A stretch of 64,000 nucleotides of DNA from the human T2T-CHM13v2.0 reference genome, Homo sapiens (GCF_009914755.1 NC_060931.1), one strand, 5' to 3'; positions 13,201-28,614 are shown, counted from the stretch's first letter. Numbers and translations are program-made. The notes: generated by a model from the letters alone, not told the origin.

Positions 13201-14874
13201 ATATCATTCCCTTGTTCTCCAGCTCATCCCAGGCACAGACTACAATAGAGCTGCCACCCATTTATGGGAGAAGACCAGAGGGAAGAAGACAGCTTCAATG
13301 CCTCACAGAGAACTTTATACACACACTGAACACCCCAGGAAAGCCACAAAACCTGGTGAAAACCTCGGTGTAATGGGCACCATGAGGGCAAGACTAGGCT
13401 AGGGCGACCTACCTTGGCTTCATCTAGCCTAGGGTAGAATCTTACTTCCTCAGTACCATTATTTTCTCTGAAGAGAGAAGTGTGGCCTTAAAATGGCCAG
13501 TTTAGAAAATTAATGAATGAGGAAAGCTGGAATTTCAGTGTTGTGGTAATCGCTATAACTTCCTAGACATTTCCAGACCATGCGTCATCTAATTTCAAGA
13601 CCATACTGCTGCAATTAAAAAAAAGAGCCTTCCAACAAGAATATGACTTTATCAAAGTATCTATTTCTTTTTTAATATGGGCTTAAAAAGAAACTTGCAA
13701 AATCTACAGGCATAGACATATAGCAAAAACATTTTGATCTATAGCCAATTTTTAGTCACATAAACTTATGCAAAAATACATGCTGCTTCCCAAATGATAT
13801 ATTCTTATTTTCTATTGAGAAGATACTCCTTAAAAAAGAAAAAGCCATCATTGACAGGCATAGGTGAACAAGATGCATCCTTTTCCCACCTACTCTGAGT
13901 TCAGTGCCAGTTTGGAGAAATCCAGCGTGAAGCCAGGTGACTCAATGAGATGAATAAACCCTTTTGTTTAAAATGGAGACTACAGTTAATTTGACTTTTA
14001 AATAAAGAGTCTGAACACACTGGGCCGCAGTCAACAAACTGAATCTTTGTTTGCTCACTGTAGATACAATTCAGAAGGATGAAGCTGCATAATGGATGTA
14101 ACTTAGCATTTCTCATTCTCAACCTAAACATCTCATCTAATCAGGTACTATTTATGTCTCTATGCTGCCTGCTCCAGCATGGTAATTCATTTCCAACAAA
14201 GCTTATAATGACTTCTGATTTACTCATATTCTTTTCTGTGCAACCTCAGTACATATGTATCGATTTGATTTGGATATGCTGTCCAAAAGCCAGAGATCCA
14301 ACTTGCAAACATTTCCATATGCCCTTGTTCAGTTCTTCGGTTGCAGCTTAAACCCTGATTTTTGTAATATTAAAATCATTAAATAGTCACAAATCCATTT
14401 TCAATTCAAAAAGAAAATATTGGCAAGTGCAGATGAACATAACTGAAAATAGAGATTTGTCATAGGTTCAAGAGTTAAAACAGCTTGAATGCTATCTAAT
14501 AAAATTCAGCAAGTTCCAAGCCTTGAGAAATAATTGCATTCCAAAGACTTCAAGTCCTTATATCACTTGAAACTTCCACTTACTCTATAAAACTTAATGA
14601 TCAAAGCCAAGTCTTTATGATTAAAACAGTCTTGGCCAGAAAGACAGAGACATTCAAGAAGCTAGAGAACTTCTTTTCTGTTTGTGTAAGGTTAATAACC
14701 TTAGAGATTCAGCATAAAATATGGAAGGGGATGTTTGACTCCCCTTCAGACACAAAGTGAATCTGAAGCAGGTCCTAGAGACAGTGCAAGTTCAAGGTGA
14801 GAGCACCCAGTTTGGTGAACAAGCATTTTGGTGAACAAGGCTGCACCACTAGCTCATTTCTTCACCACCATCTT

Positions 14875-15105
14875 CAGGCTCTGGAGTCTGACTGCTTAGG
14901 TTCCAATGCTGGCTCCTCCACTTTCTGGCTGGGTGACCTTGGTAAGGCATACCTAACCTCACTAAGCCTCGGTCACCTCACCTGTAAAATGGGAAGAATA
15001 ATCATAGCACCTATTTCATAAGGCAGCTGTTAGGATTAAACGAGGTAATGCATAAAACAGTGCTTAGCATGATGTCTACCATACAGTCCATTCTCAATAA
15101 ATATT
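14875..15105 (+). mobile_element. MIR
   Basis: GGCTCTGGAGTCTGACTGC...GTGACCTTGG...CTCACCTGTAAAATGGG. Confidence 0.8.
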
Positions 15106-15627
15106 CTCTAGTAAAATCTACAGATAAAATACATGAACTAGATGTTCTTGAAGTATCACTTCTAGCCATCAAATTACATGATCCCAAGCCCAGGCTAACA
15201 GGATGATGGTACAGGCTTACATAGAATGCTAATAATTATAAGCCTACTTCTAGAATCGCTCTCCCACCCCACCTTGGTTGCCACCCTTCTGTTTGCATGT
15301 TAGTGCTTGAAATTACCCTATTACAAATATCTACCCATCAGGTAGGCTCTGCTCTCTACTCAAATGCAAACATGTTGAGAGTCCACCCTATTGGGTTTAA
15401 TTTATCAGATCCTTTCTATGGAACAATGAGTTGACAACAAGTCAGAATGGGGGACAGAAACAGAACAATCATGATACAGATGGAAGAAGCATGGAGAAAT
15501 AGAAGCTGTGCACAATAGACTGAGGAGAGGATGGCTGAGGTGGGAAGATGGCCCTGGAAAACAACGGAGGCCAAAGGAGAGTCCCCAGGGCCTGGGACAT
15601 AGTACAGGGAGAGAAGGGCAATGAAAG

Positions 15628-15780
15628 GGAGGCGAGAGGAGCAGAAAAGATCACTATTGGGTACTGAGCTTAATACCTGGGTGATGTAATAATATGTACA
15701 ACAAACCCCTATGACACGTGTTTGTCTATGTAACAAACCTTCACATGTACACCCAAACCTAAAATAAAAATTTTAAAAAA
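15628..15780 (+). mobile_element. Older L1PA (about PA13-16) 3' end
   Basis: GAGGAGCAGAAAAGATCACTATTGGGTACT...ATACCTGGGTGATG...CCTAAAATAAAA. Confidence 0.8.
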
Positions 15781-15787
15781 AGAAAGG

Positions 15788-16114
<327 letters not shown>

Positions 16115-18739
16115 TCAATATTTTTATTTTATCTAAAGGCAGCCATGCATGAACTCCATTCTATAATATTCATTAAGCACCGTGCTTAGTATTGAATAAG
16201 AAACAAACATGGCTCTCGCATACTGGGAGCTTGCCACCTAACCCAATGGGCCATGATGATTTCAATAAAGGTTGTCAGACACTGTACTTCCAACAGGGAC
16301 TTCACCCATGCAGATGAAGATAAAGTGTCCCATTAAGCTCCCTAATTCATTTTTAAATAGCTTCAAAGTTTTGTCTCTATTGGGTTCTCAAATAAATTAT
16401 GGTTGCAAAACTGTTTATAAAGAGAGTCTGCCCGTTTTTGCTGATGGAGAAGAGATGTCCTGTTTTAACCACATGCCCTGCTAGTTTGGAAGCGTTCCCA
16501 TCCACTGCCACAACCTCCCACGTGCACTGACTCTTTCCCTTGAGCGGCACATAAAGCCACAGGCTCAGAGAACAATGGGCGGTCCCCCTGATCCTGTCAC
16601 CTACCTGCCTTCCCGTGAGGGCTGTTTTGCTTTAACTTCTACCTGGGCTCATGTACAATTGAGAGGATGCTAAATGTGTCCGTGCCTCAAGAACAAGGGC
16701 AATCTCACTAATAGCTACTGGCTCAGAAAGGATAACACTTATAAAGAAAGTTAATTATGGGAATTAAACACAGCTTGTTTCTCTTTTTGAAGTATGTTTT
16801 TTTCATGCCTTGAGGAGGGTGATTTACAGACACATTTGTCTCTTTTTAGAGAAAATTAATTCCAGTTGGTGTTCTGGGCAGAAATGAAGAGGAGGAGGAA
16901 GAAGACAAAGCAGCTTCTCCCCTTTCCTTTGCACTGAGGGCAGGCCCACGCCACTTTCTCTGGTGTGGCCACACCATCGTCCACACGGTGAGGCAGGGAG
17001 CCTGGGGTGGGTCCTGACACATTTTGCTGCTGTCCATATAAAAAACAAGCACAACTTCTAATGTCAACTGCTAAGCTCCATTTTTTTTTAGACAAAGTAA
17101 CTACTGCTTTTAAAAATGATTTCAAAATAATAGACACAGAGTAGAGGGGGAAATGCCATATCCCAGCAATGAGTTAGCGGAGCTTCTATTAACACTTCAG
17201 CTCTTGTCTCCAGGCATTAGGCTGTATGCTTGGGAGTCATAATATATTAGCCCAGCTTTTCAGCATGAATGGTAATAATAGTCATCATGTGTTGGGTACT
17301 CACCACAGCCAGTCACTATGCTAATATCTGAGGAGGGTTATCTAATTAAATGCTCAAAACAACCCTATGCAGTAGGTACTATTATTATTTCCAGACTGCT
17401 TCACACCAAATCAAGGTTCTGAACAGCTGCTCCAGACCCCTTGAGCATCAGGCTCCTCTCATTCATAGCACACAAATGTGAAGATATTTAGGTCTGGTGC
17501 ATTTACATTGAAAAGCAGAAAACCATTTCTGAATTTGTGCATTTATTTTTTGAAGATGGCTCTACAAACTCAGCAGCACTATTCAGCTTTCCTAAGAGTG
17601 TGAGAAAATTAAGAGTTTAGAAGAGAAAGGAATTTTCTTTCTTGAAAAATCTAGAACAATTTTTTTTTGTGTGGTGGCAGCAGCGAGAGGGAAAATGGGT
17701 AGGTATTACGTTAAAACTGCAATTACATACAGATACTTAAAGAGTGAGTCTAGATAACTGAATTTGAACTTTCTAGTAAAGCAAAATATCCCTGGAAGTG
17801 ATCTAGTTTAACAACTCATCTGATTGTTAGATGAAAAGCAGAGGCCCAGGGAGGCTGAAAGACTTTTCTGAAATCATCCAGGGAGGAGCAAAGCCAGCCC
17901 TGAATCCCAGGTCTCCGAATGATTAATCCAGAACGTCTTCCACTTCTCTTTTCTGCCACATGGCCTTAAAACAGAAGACAACCCAGATGGGACAAACTAG
18001 ACTGAATAAATATTCATAATATTCTAATATTCATAATAAACCATCAAGGCATCATTATTTAGTGTTTTTTCTTCTGAAAAGAGCAGTGCCCCCAGACTGA
18101 ACGTATCCCATGTAGTTCGGGGAGGATGATATCTCCTGACAATGGCATCTCTACCTCACATCTTCCTTCACCACTCAAAAGGCACAGGTTTCCTTAAAAG
18201 TATTCATCCTGGCAGCAAGGAAGGTAAAAAGAAAACTGTCCTTTTCTACACACATTAGGAAATTATATGCATAAAACCACAAGGCAGATGTGAAATAACC
18301 AAGTCAAATTTTTCATCTGGGATTTGGCAGTTTTGCCAAACATCATGGTTTGTATCAACATCAACATCATGGTTAACAACATCACCACATTATTTCCAAG
18401 ACAACGCATTACACACGAAGTAGACCACTCTTCTGTGGGAGGTGGAGAATGGGCATTTTCCAGGGTTGTTGCCAAATAATGGGAGTGTCACTTCCTATTC
18501 ACTTCCCTAACCTGGCTCTGAAATTGGTTAAAAGACAAGGAACAGGCAGAAATTACCAGGAGAGGTTCTAAGTTGTCCTGACTGCATAACTGGCTTAAAA
18601 AAACCTAAAGTGTAGTATGCTAATCAGTCAGAACATCCCTTCCAAATAGCTTATAAAGAGAAGAAAGAGAGAAGTTGCTAGTTCCAGTTACTTGCCATTC
18701 CCATGGAAAAACTCGGACCATTTTTCTCTTTCCCTCGCT

Positions 18740-19303
18740 GAAGGTGGACATTGCAGATGTGCTTGCCAGCATCTTTACAGCCCTTCCTCTGGCATCATCA
18801 CTTGGATCTTCCTCTGGAGACCACTCATTTCCAACTCTCAGGCCTTATGATTCAGAGTGTGAGGGCCCCCCATCCTGGTCCCTACCCTCCCAGGGTGTGG
18901 AGTGGGCCTCAGGCACCATTCTGGCCAATTTGTATATTCCAACCACCTGGGTCCAGCTGGTGGTTCTAGGATAGGCATGGGATCCAAGTGGATCATCTGA
19001 GATTCAGGAATCTGGAGGGCTGGAATTACTGGGAAAGGGAAGTTGAATGGATAGGCTATACCTGCCCTGGGATGGATGGAGAAGCAGGAGTACCACATGA
19101 AAAGAACTTGCCTGAGAATGAAACCAGAAAAGTACAAAGCCAAGTACATAGATCAGGAAAGAATGACAGGCAGAATCCTGATGACAAAGTAAGGGCACCC
19201 AGGTCCAGCCACACCTGACGTTAAATCAATCAATGCCCTGTTTCACTAAAGCTGCTTTAAATAGGGTTTCTGTCACTTGCAACCAAGAGCCTTAACTAAC
19301 ACA
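18740..19303 (+). mobile_element. MLT1 (J/K-like) MaLR LTR
   Basis: 3' terminus GGGTTTCTGTCACTTGCAACCAAGAGCCTTAACTAACACA. Confidence 0.6.
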
Positions 19304-19639
19304 CCCTTATTTATCCTTCAAAACCCGGTTTAATTGTCACCTCCTCTGCTTGGCCTTTCCTGAGGATCCCACACTGAGGTAGCTACTGGTACCTTTCCTG
19401 GGGCTATTAGTCTTTACAGTTACTTGTCTAATTTTTTCCTTTTTTTTTCTTTTTTCAAGACTCGTGGATCAGAGATAATATTTCTCTAATTGTGCCTTTC
19501 ATCTGTATTGTAATTATTCGACCTTCAGATTTAGGGCAGAGTCAATATCTCATAAATCACTGAATTCCTAATATTTGTCCAGTGCCTCAAACATAGCAGA
19601 TACTCAATATATCTGTGCTCAGTTGAATTCAATTCTAAA

Positions 19640-20125
19640 TGTTCTTTCAGTGAACACTGGACCCTCAATGGTTTCCCATTACCGTTAGAATAAAGTCCAA
19701 ACTCTGCCACAGGCAGCCGGGCCCTGCAGGATCCACTGGCCTCTTTCTGCTCAGCTCCTACCACAGCAGCTCTGTGCTTTTCCTTGAACCTGCCAAGCCT
19801 GTCCCCACTGGAGAGTCTTTGCATTCATTGTTCCTTCTGCCAGGAAAGCTCTTCTTACAGATACTGCAGAAATTACCCCACCACATCATTCAGGGTTCTG
19901 CTCATTATCTCGTCAGACAATCTTATCCAAAATAGCACCTCCTTCACTCTCCAGCCCTTGCCCTACTGCATCCTTTCATGACACTTGTCCCTGCCTGATG
20001 GTGGTACCTAGCACATATTTTAGTTATCACTGCCTACCTCTCTAGAATGTAGGGCATGGATTTTTTTGTTGTTTTTCAGTGTTATTCACCATTATGTTCC
20101 TAGCACCTAGAACTGCACCTGTGTT
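19640..20125 (+). mobile_element. L2 remnant
   Basis: CAATGGTTTCCCATTACCGTTAGAATAAAGTCCAAAC...CCTAGCACCTAGAAC. Confidence 0.7.
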
Positions 20126-20129
20126 CTCA

Positions 20130-21870
20130 AATGATTGGCTGGTACACATTTTTAAAATAATCTTAAAAAGGATGAAAAAAGCAAACCCTAAAACTGAAAC
20201 CAACATAGACAAATGAATGTAACTGTGTATTAAATTTTAACATAATCTCCCTTAAAAAATAGAATTCTTTTAACTTTTAAACACAGTACTTTGATTATAG
20301 GTGTGTAGTGAGATACAATTTAAGGATAAAAATCATTGCAGCAAAAAATATTAAAAGTAATTTTGATGTTTCTTGTTGGTAATGGTACACATGTAGTAAT
20401 TCTGAAACCATATTGGGCATATTGTAAAAGCAATCAAAAGAGGAAACACACTGATGCCATTAGGAACCACAGCCCTCAATGTGGGAGAAGGGGTAAAAAA
20501 ATACAGAACAGAGAAAAGAGAAGAGAACCTTGTGGTATGGAATTAGAATTATGGGTATCAGTATGAAGTCATTTTGTTTCCTAGCTCTGCCCACAGACTG
20601 TCTAAAAGCAATGACATCCCAGCAGCAATGGGCCACTTAGTGCTTAGCACTTGCTTTTTAAATGCCATTCCCCAGGAAAAAGAAACAGCATTCTGTGAAG
20701 AACTGACTGATTCCAAGGCTAGGGCAGGGAAAGTACAAGAAGTACAAGATGCTTCTGGAACACACCTTTGTGTCAAAAAGCAAGGACATGCTTGGAGGCT
20801 AATGGGGACCGGTCAAAAGGGCACAGGAGCCAACTGAAGGGGTTCCCAGTGACCAAATTTAAAGCAATGTAAACATCAAAAATAAAAAACAAATTTTAAC
20901 AGATCAAATAGAAATAACAATCTGTGAATCCACAGTACTATTTTTAAATGTAAGTAATAGGAGGAAAAGGGAAAAATCTTCCCTATGGAAGAATGCCAGG
21001 TGATATCCACAGAAAGATACATTAGAAAAATCACCATTTTATCACCCCCAGTGTAATAACTGATTCAGACAGAGATCAGTGGATGCTAAAACTACTGGAT
21101 GGCATTTTTTGAGGAAACAGTGTTTGAATGGTCTTTAATTATGAGTTAATTACAAACATAAACAGGTGCCTTCACAATGGCAAGATCTGGCAGACACCAC
21201 CTTGACGCAGTGATCCAGTTTAGCATCACCAACAGTGGGACAAACTGACTTCATGTGCCTCCTGATGTGACACACCAGAAAGTACACACCATCTATGTAA
21301 TGATCTTGCTCAAATGTTTTGACATAACCTAAGCACTGAGGAAAAAATCAGACAAATTCAGAAAATGGGACATTCTACAAAGCACCTGGCCTGGACTCTT
21401 CAAATCATCATCATGAATGATGAGGACAACAAACAAGGCAGATGACTGAGCCTACCTAGTGCACCCATGGTAATATGTGAGCATGCATTGGGCCCTGGGA
21501 TTTAAAAAATGTTATGAAAGGGCTGGGCATGGTGGCTCATGCCTGTAATCCCAGCACTTTGGGAGGCCGAGGCGGGCAGATCATGAGGTCAGGAGTTCAA
21601 GACCAGCCTGGCCAACATGGTGAAACCCCATCTCTACTAAAAATACAAAAATTAGCCGTGCATGGTGGCAGGCGCCTGTAATCTCAGCTACTCAGGAGGC
21701 TGAGGCAGGAGAATTGCTTGAACCCAGGAGGCGCAGGTTGCAGTGAGCCGAGATCACGCCACTGCACTCCAGCCCTTGGCAACAAGAGCAAAACTCCAAC
21801 TAAAAAAAAATATATATATATATGAAGGGCATTTTGATAATTGGGAGAATTTTGAATAAAGGCTGAATCA
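20130..21870 (+). mobile_element. L1MC/L1ME-type 3' region, interrupted by Alu
   Basis: TTTCCTAGCTCTGCCCAC...AAGCAATGACATCCCAGCAGCAATG...GATTCCAAGGCTAGGGCAGG; ACAAATTCAGAAAATGGGACATTCTACAAAG. Confidence 0.7.
21521..21810 (+). mobile_element. AluS
   Basis: Full dimer; A/(TA)n tail. Confidence 0.94.
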
Positions 21871-21992
21871 ATATTGATATGTATGTGTACATGTATATAC
21901 ATATATAGATTTTAAATGAACAAACTACACTCATAATATATGTCAGTTCTGGTGATGTTTGAAGCACACAAGGAAACGTGACTTCTACTTAC

Positions 21993-22059
21993 CTCCCCAG
22001 TGACATAAAAGTCATTATTTTTATATTCAGGAAATATCTGGAAAAACTGAATTAGTGCA
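21993..22059 (-). CDS. CPVL: CPVL coding exon 6 (aa 181-203)
   Basis: ALIQFFQIFPEYKNNDFYVTGE; tttgcag acceptor; GAG|GTAAGT donor; 67 nt. Confidence 0.97.
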
Positions 22060-22650
22060 CTGCAAAAAGAAGAACAAGAACAACACAAATTAATCAGAAA
22101 AATGATTCAGGATCTCTTCATGCTAGGATATCAAATCTAACTCTTTGGCAATAGGTTTCACACTTGAAATAAGATACCACTCTGCTATGAGCTCCTGTAG
22201 GACATTTTATTTACACAATACATGTGGGCTTACTTTGTGATAATAAGAAGTTTGGACAAGTGGACATCAATACTCTGGGCATGTTTCCAAATTACTGATA
22301 TACCAGTTTGGATCATCTAACTGTTGAGGGCACCTTGAGCAAATAATACAGGTTTCACATGTTACGTAGCAATTCTTGGAGGTAGTTCTGCAAACTTTAT
22401 GATCCCATTAGCCCGGGTTTGTGGTGAAGTAAGGGAAGTCTTAGTTGCTTACCAACCCCCACTGTGGGGGACTCTGAACATTTCTGATGGAGCTCCAAGA
22501 ATGCCACATTTTAATAACCAAAGAACAGAAAAACTGTAAGATGACTATAATTTAAAAGAAAAACAGCAAATGGTCACAGATATTGAAATAAATGTACAGT
22601 AGGCTCTGGGCTAAAAAAAAGAAAAACACATTTACTAAAGAATGCTAACA

Positions 22651-22953
<303 letters not shown>

Positions 22954-23655
22954 GAATGCCAATAGCCACTTCAGTGATGAAATAGATTTTAACAGACTCA
23001 AGGAGTGATTTCATAATAAGCAAGAAGACAGTGGATTTTTAAATGATTCTTTACCTGAACAAAATATTTCAAAAAAAGGAAAACAAAAACTTGTGAAACT
23101 CAGTAGCTCTATGAGTGTTTTGACCCAGACTGCAGTGCCTGCGAAGCTAGGGGAGGTTGTTGGCCCAGTTTCCTGCTGAGAGACTAAAAGCCATGAACCA
23201 TCCAGGAAGATGAAAGGCAAGGAGGCTCTGAAAACCCAGGAGGATGGCGAAGTTCAAGGGTTACAAAGAGGCAAAATTGGGTCATTACAATCACCATGAT
23301 CCTAGCTATATTTAATTTTCAAAGGCTGCATAAAAATTCACCATGAAACACTACTGTAGAGTTTCGGTGTATTTCTGTATTCATTATTTATAGTGGCCTT
23401 TGTAGCAACTAAATCTGAGAAGCTGCATTTTATAGCTTCTATGTTTGTGCTGGCAATAAGCTGGCTTTAGAGTGCAGATAAAAATAGGCATTCATTCTCC
23501 ACCCTTCCCTCTCCAACCTTCAGGCTAAAATCTACTTCCTTTTCTCTCTTCCTGCTTGTTGGAATGGCAGGAGATAATTTAGCATAGTAAATCTCAATTA
23601 AGCCTTTGGCTTTAGCTTAAAGCTTATTTCCTTGTAGTATTTGCTGGAGAGTCAT

Positions 23656-23843
23656 TAGGGTTGCTGGATTTAGCAAATGAAAACATAAGACATGGCTTAA
23701 TTTTGAATTTCAGATAACAAATAATGGCTTAGTATAAGTATGTCCCAAATATTGCATGGAATATACTTACATTAAAATTTTATTTGTTGTTTACCTGAAA
23801 TTCAAATTTAACTGGGTATTTTGTGTTTTATCTGATAATCTTG
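23656..23843. mobile_element. MER53 hAT MITE (palindromic)
   Basis: TAGGGTTGC...TTTGAATTTCAGATAA...AGTATAAGTATGTCCCAAATATTGCATGGAATATACTTA...CTGAAATTCAAATTTAACTGGG; about 190-bp imperfect inverted repeat. Confidence 0.88.
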
Positions 23844-24217
23844 GTCAGAGATAATCTCCCAGGTTACTTCTATCTCGAAAATGGCAGGATTCTCCAGCTC
23901 AAGTTCCACTTGAGGAAGTTATCATCGAGTTTCAATTTCAGTTTTTATTTCACAGCCAAAAAACTGGCTATTTTTTTTTAAGCAAGCACTTGGTAGCGTG
24001 GTAGCACTCCTGTTTCTTAAAAGAGAGTGAAGAATGAAAAAAGTAAATTTAGTAAATTAGATTTACATATGCCATTTGCTCATTTAACTGTATTTTAGTC
24101 AAGAACTCTTCTTATTACATGGTGAGCATTTTCTAGAAAATAGAATCTAGAATCAAGCCCACATGAAATTACAAATTTTAGAAGCAGATCTGCTAAACAT
24201 ATATATAATACATAAGT

Positions 24218-24536
<319 letters not shown>

Positions 24537-24971
24537 TTATTCAGGTACAAGAGCTACATGGCACAAGAAGCATGCTTCTTCTTGGTGATTCCATTTGGCC
24601 ACCTTGCTGGCATTGTGCTAAGGACTTGTCTCATAAACAGAATTTTAGTTAAGGGCTCTCTGCTCGCAGAAAGGTACCTTAAAGGACCAAAAAGAGAAAC
24701 AGATTGCAAGGAAGAATGACTAGGAGAAAATTATTCCTCAGATAAGTTTTTAAACAGAGATTGGGTGGATGCAGGGCAGAAAAGGTGAGTGGACATGATC
24801 ATGCATTGTAGACCCAAAGACAGCACTGGAATCTGGTCAGTTCTAATAGAGTCAGAAGCATAATCATAAACACAAGCAACATTCAGGATAATCGAGTTTC
24901 AGATAATCTAAGCAAAAGTTCCATGCCAAAAAAGCCAAGCAAAGTGTACCTACAGTCACTGGCAGTGGACT

Positions 24972-25756
<785 letters not shown>

Positions 25757-28132
25757 TAACAAGCTCAGCAACAGGAATCCTGGCAGTGCTGCTCTGTTGG
25801 AACCCGTGAAGGGAGCCTCTTCTGCATTCACTCTACATCTAGCAAGGCTGAGCCATGATCCTCTCCACCTGGCACAGGACACAGAGTTTTCTCATTTAAT
25901 ATAGGAAGCCTGCTTCCTAGCTGCATTGCTATGAAGCTTTGTTTAGCAACACTACATATCATTTCCCATTGCAAACCAACATGTAGGAGAAAACTATAGC
26001 AGCACTTCCATTTGGCTGCTAAGAAAATAACTATAGGTCCACCACTAGACTGAGCACCAGGAGGGCAGGGGGTTTGAGGACTGCTTACTACTGTCTCACC
26101 AGCACCAAGAACAGCAGCTGGCACATAATAGGCAATTGGTAAACAATGGCAGAAGGAGATTGGCACCAGCTAGTGTACTCCAAATCAAAGTTAATACATT
26201 TCATAATTTGTTTTAAACCAGAGAGGCATTGTGACTAAATAGCATATTCCAAATAAGAAAAGTGGGAGAGTATTTTAACATCTTGTTCGTGAAAAAGTTT
26301 TATTTCCAAACACAAAAGCAGCAAAACTGTGAACGGTAAATGTCTCCTTACAGCCATGCACTATTAATAGTCAAAAAGAATGAGATTTTCTGAAAAAAGA
26401 AAGTTGGTTTTCAAAGGGAGAAAATGAAAGCTCCACTCTTTAAACCTGTAGTAGCCCATTTGCAGGTTTTGAAGCGACCCTCTTATTCCAAACACCCATC
26501 TGGAGAGCTGGAGAGAAGAATGTGGTCACAAAGGGAAATGAATAGTGTAAACTATAAAGGAAACAGCTGAAATCAGTTTTCTGCACCACCCTTGATTAGC
26601 TATTTCCCAGTTCTAAGAGCCCGAAGCAAAAAGAACTACAACAGCTATAAACAATAGATGCTTTGAAATAGGTTCCCTTTACATGTCAGGAAAGAGGAGA
26701 TGGACCACATGTCAGCAGTCGACATCCCCATATGGAGGGGCAACTGGAAGCTGTAACTGTCTTTGGGGGAGGGGAAGGAAAGACAGAAACGGCTTGGCAG
26801 TGATGCTCTGTCTTAGAGGGGGCCCGATGCATCTCTTCAATACAGAACCTCTGCCCTCAGGGTGTTTGCTAGTTAACCACTGAGCTTGTTTGGATTTAAA
26901 CCAAAGAGGGATGGGAGGTGGGGGCGGGGAGTAGGTTTCTAATCTGAAGAAAGAGAGCACACAGTGCCAAGAGAGCCCTGGCCCTGGCTCTGAAGAAGCC
27001 TGTGAGGAGGACTGCCGTCCGTTACGTCTGTGGAGGGAAGGGGAGGAGGTGCTGGGGGGAACACCCCGTCAGCATCTTGGCAAATATGTCCCTAGGACCC
27101 CACTGTATGTGGAAGCAGAAGTGTGGGGCCCTGGGCATCCCCCTAGAAACTGAATAGAAGTGATCGAATCATGGAACATGTGAAAAACAAACAAAAGTGG
27201 AGAAGACAACAGCCATATTCTTTTCTGGGTGGGCAGAGGGAGAGATCTTTGGGAAAGGGGCTTGGAAGTAGTTCTTTCTTCTCTCCCCCCGGCCACCTAT
27301 CTGCCTCAGAGAGAAAGAAAAGTAAAACGGAAAGCTTTTGTCAGAGATCAGCAAACTCTGACTCCTATTAGATGCACTTTCGCTTTGAGGATTGGTAGTA
27401 ATTAACAGAGTGCTTGGTGGAGGTGTGGGGTAGGGAGCTAGTTAACTCCTTCTGGCCACTAGGGTTCTTTTAGTAAATTATTATAATACATAAAGCGGTG
27501 CCCTAGTGACCAGAAAGAATCTAGGACTTGGTCTCTAGTAATAATTTGTAGACTGGAAAAATCTGACCAAATAAGAAAGGTCACTTGCTTTTTTTTAAAA
27601 ATGCTAAAAATAGCAATGATTAATATGAGTGAAAAAAGGGAGAAATTATATGGACACTGTTTGGCCAGACTTACAACTTTACATTTTTCCTTTTTTTTTT
27701 TTTTTTAAGCAAAACAAAACTTTCATAAGAAGAAGAGAGAATACTAGAGACTAACAAGCTAAGTTTTCAGCCTGGAAAAGTCATGAAATAGAAGCAAAAA
27801 GTAAAAAATTGCATCCAAAAGCCACGAAAAGAAGAATCCTGAGAAACAAACAAATATCTGAAAAGATGTTGTCTCCCTGCAAATGCAAAGTTAAATACAA
27901 ATTTGGAAAACAAGTAGAAACCTTTCAGATGTCTGGTTGAAAGGTTTAAAAAATAATCTTTAATTGAAAAATTCTGCTCTGTGTGTGTGGATGTGAAAAT
28001 ATCCTTAAATTATCTTCAGGAATTGGACTATAAGGCTCAGTCAATAAAAATTCCAACACTAGAATAATTTTTCTATTGAGATAGAAAAATGTTTGGTCTT
28101 AGGAAGGCCAAGAGAAAGCAGGAGCATTTTAC

Positions 28133-28212
28133 CTGTATAAATCCCGTGCTACATCGTCCTCATTGACTGCATATCCGTGGGTATCATCAGTAAAACTGAA
28201 GCCTGTGCCCAC
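28133..28212 (-). CDS. CPVL: CPVL coding exon 5 (aa 155-181)
   Basis: VGTGFSFTDDTHGYAVNEDDVARDLYS (S10 DxPVGTGFS motif); ctgcag acceptor; AG|GTAAAA donor; 80 nt. Confidence 0.97.
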
Positions 28213-28614
28213 CTGCAGGAGAAATAAACACGCAGGTATAAACACAGAGAAACACATGCCTTAGGGACCTGCAGAGAGGTCCCACACTGGAAGGTGACCT
28301 TGTTCCAAAGGCCAAGCTCAGACTTCAGATTTTTGCCGTTGCCCCCCTATGCCTTTAGCCCTCCTCCCAGGAGGATGCTAGGTGCCACCTATTCTCTCCA
28401 CCCCCTAAAGCCCAAATAAAACAGCAACACAGAGCTTTGCCCTGGGGTCAGTGGCTGAGCTGTCCTGTGCCTCAGTGGAGACCCTGCCAGATGTTGATTT
28501 AAGGAAGAAGGATTCATCTTTTCCATCCCCTGCTACAGTATCAGAAGATCCAAAGTTGTCTCCTCTCTGAAACCTGGAGAGTGCATGGCTCTGTCCTGCC
28601 AAGAAGAAACTCTT

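Noticed and set aside
17380-18045. Possible + strand terminal exon (acceptor near 17394; AATAAA near 18005 and 18035)
   Set aside because: The acceptor sits in MIR-like sequence and AATAAA is common in AT-rich DNA; not supportable without expression data
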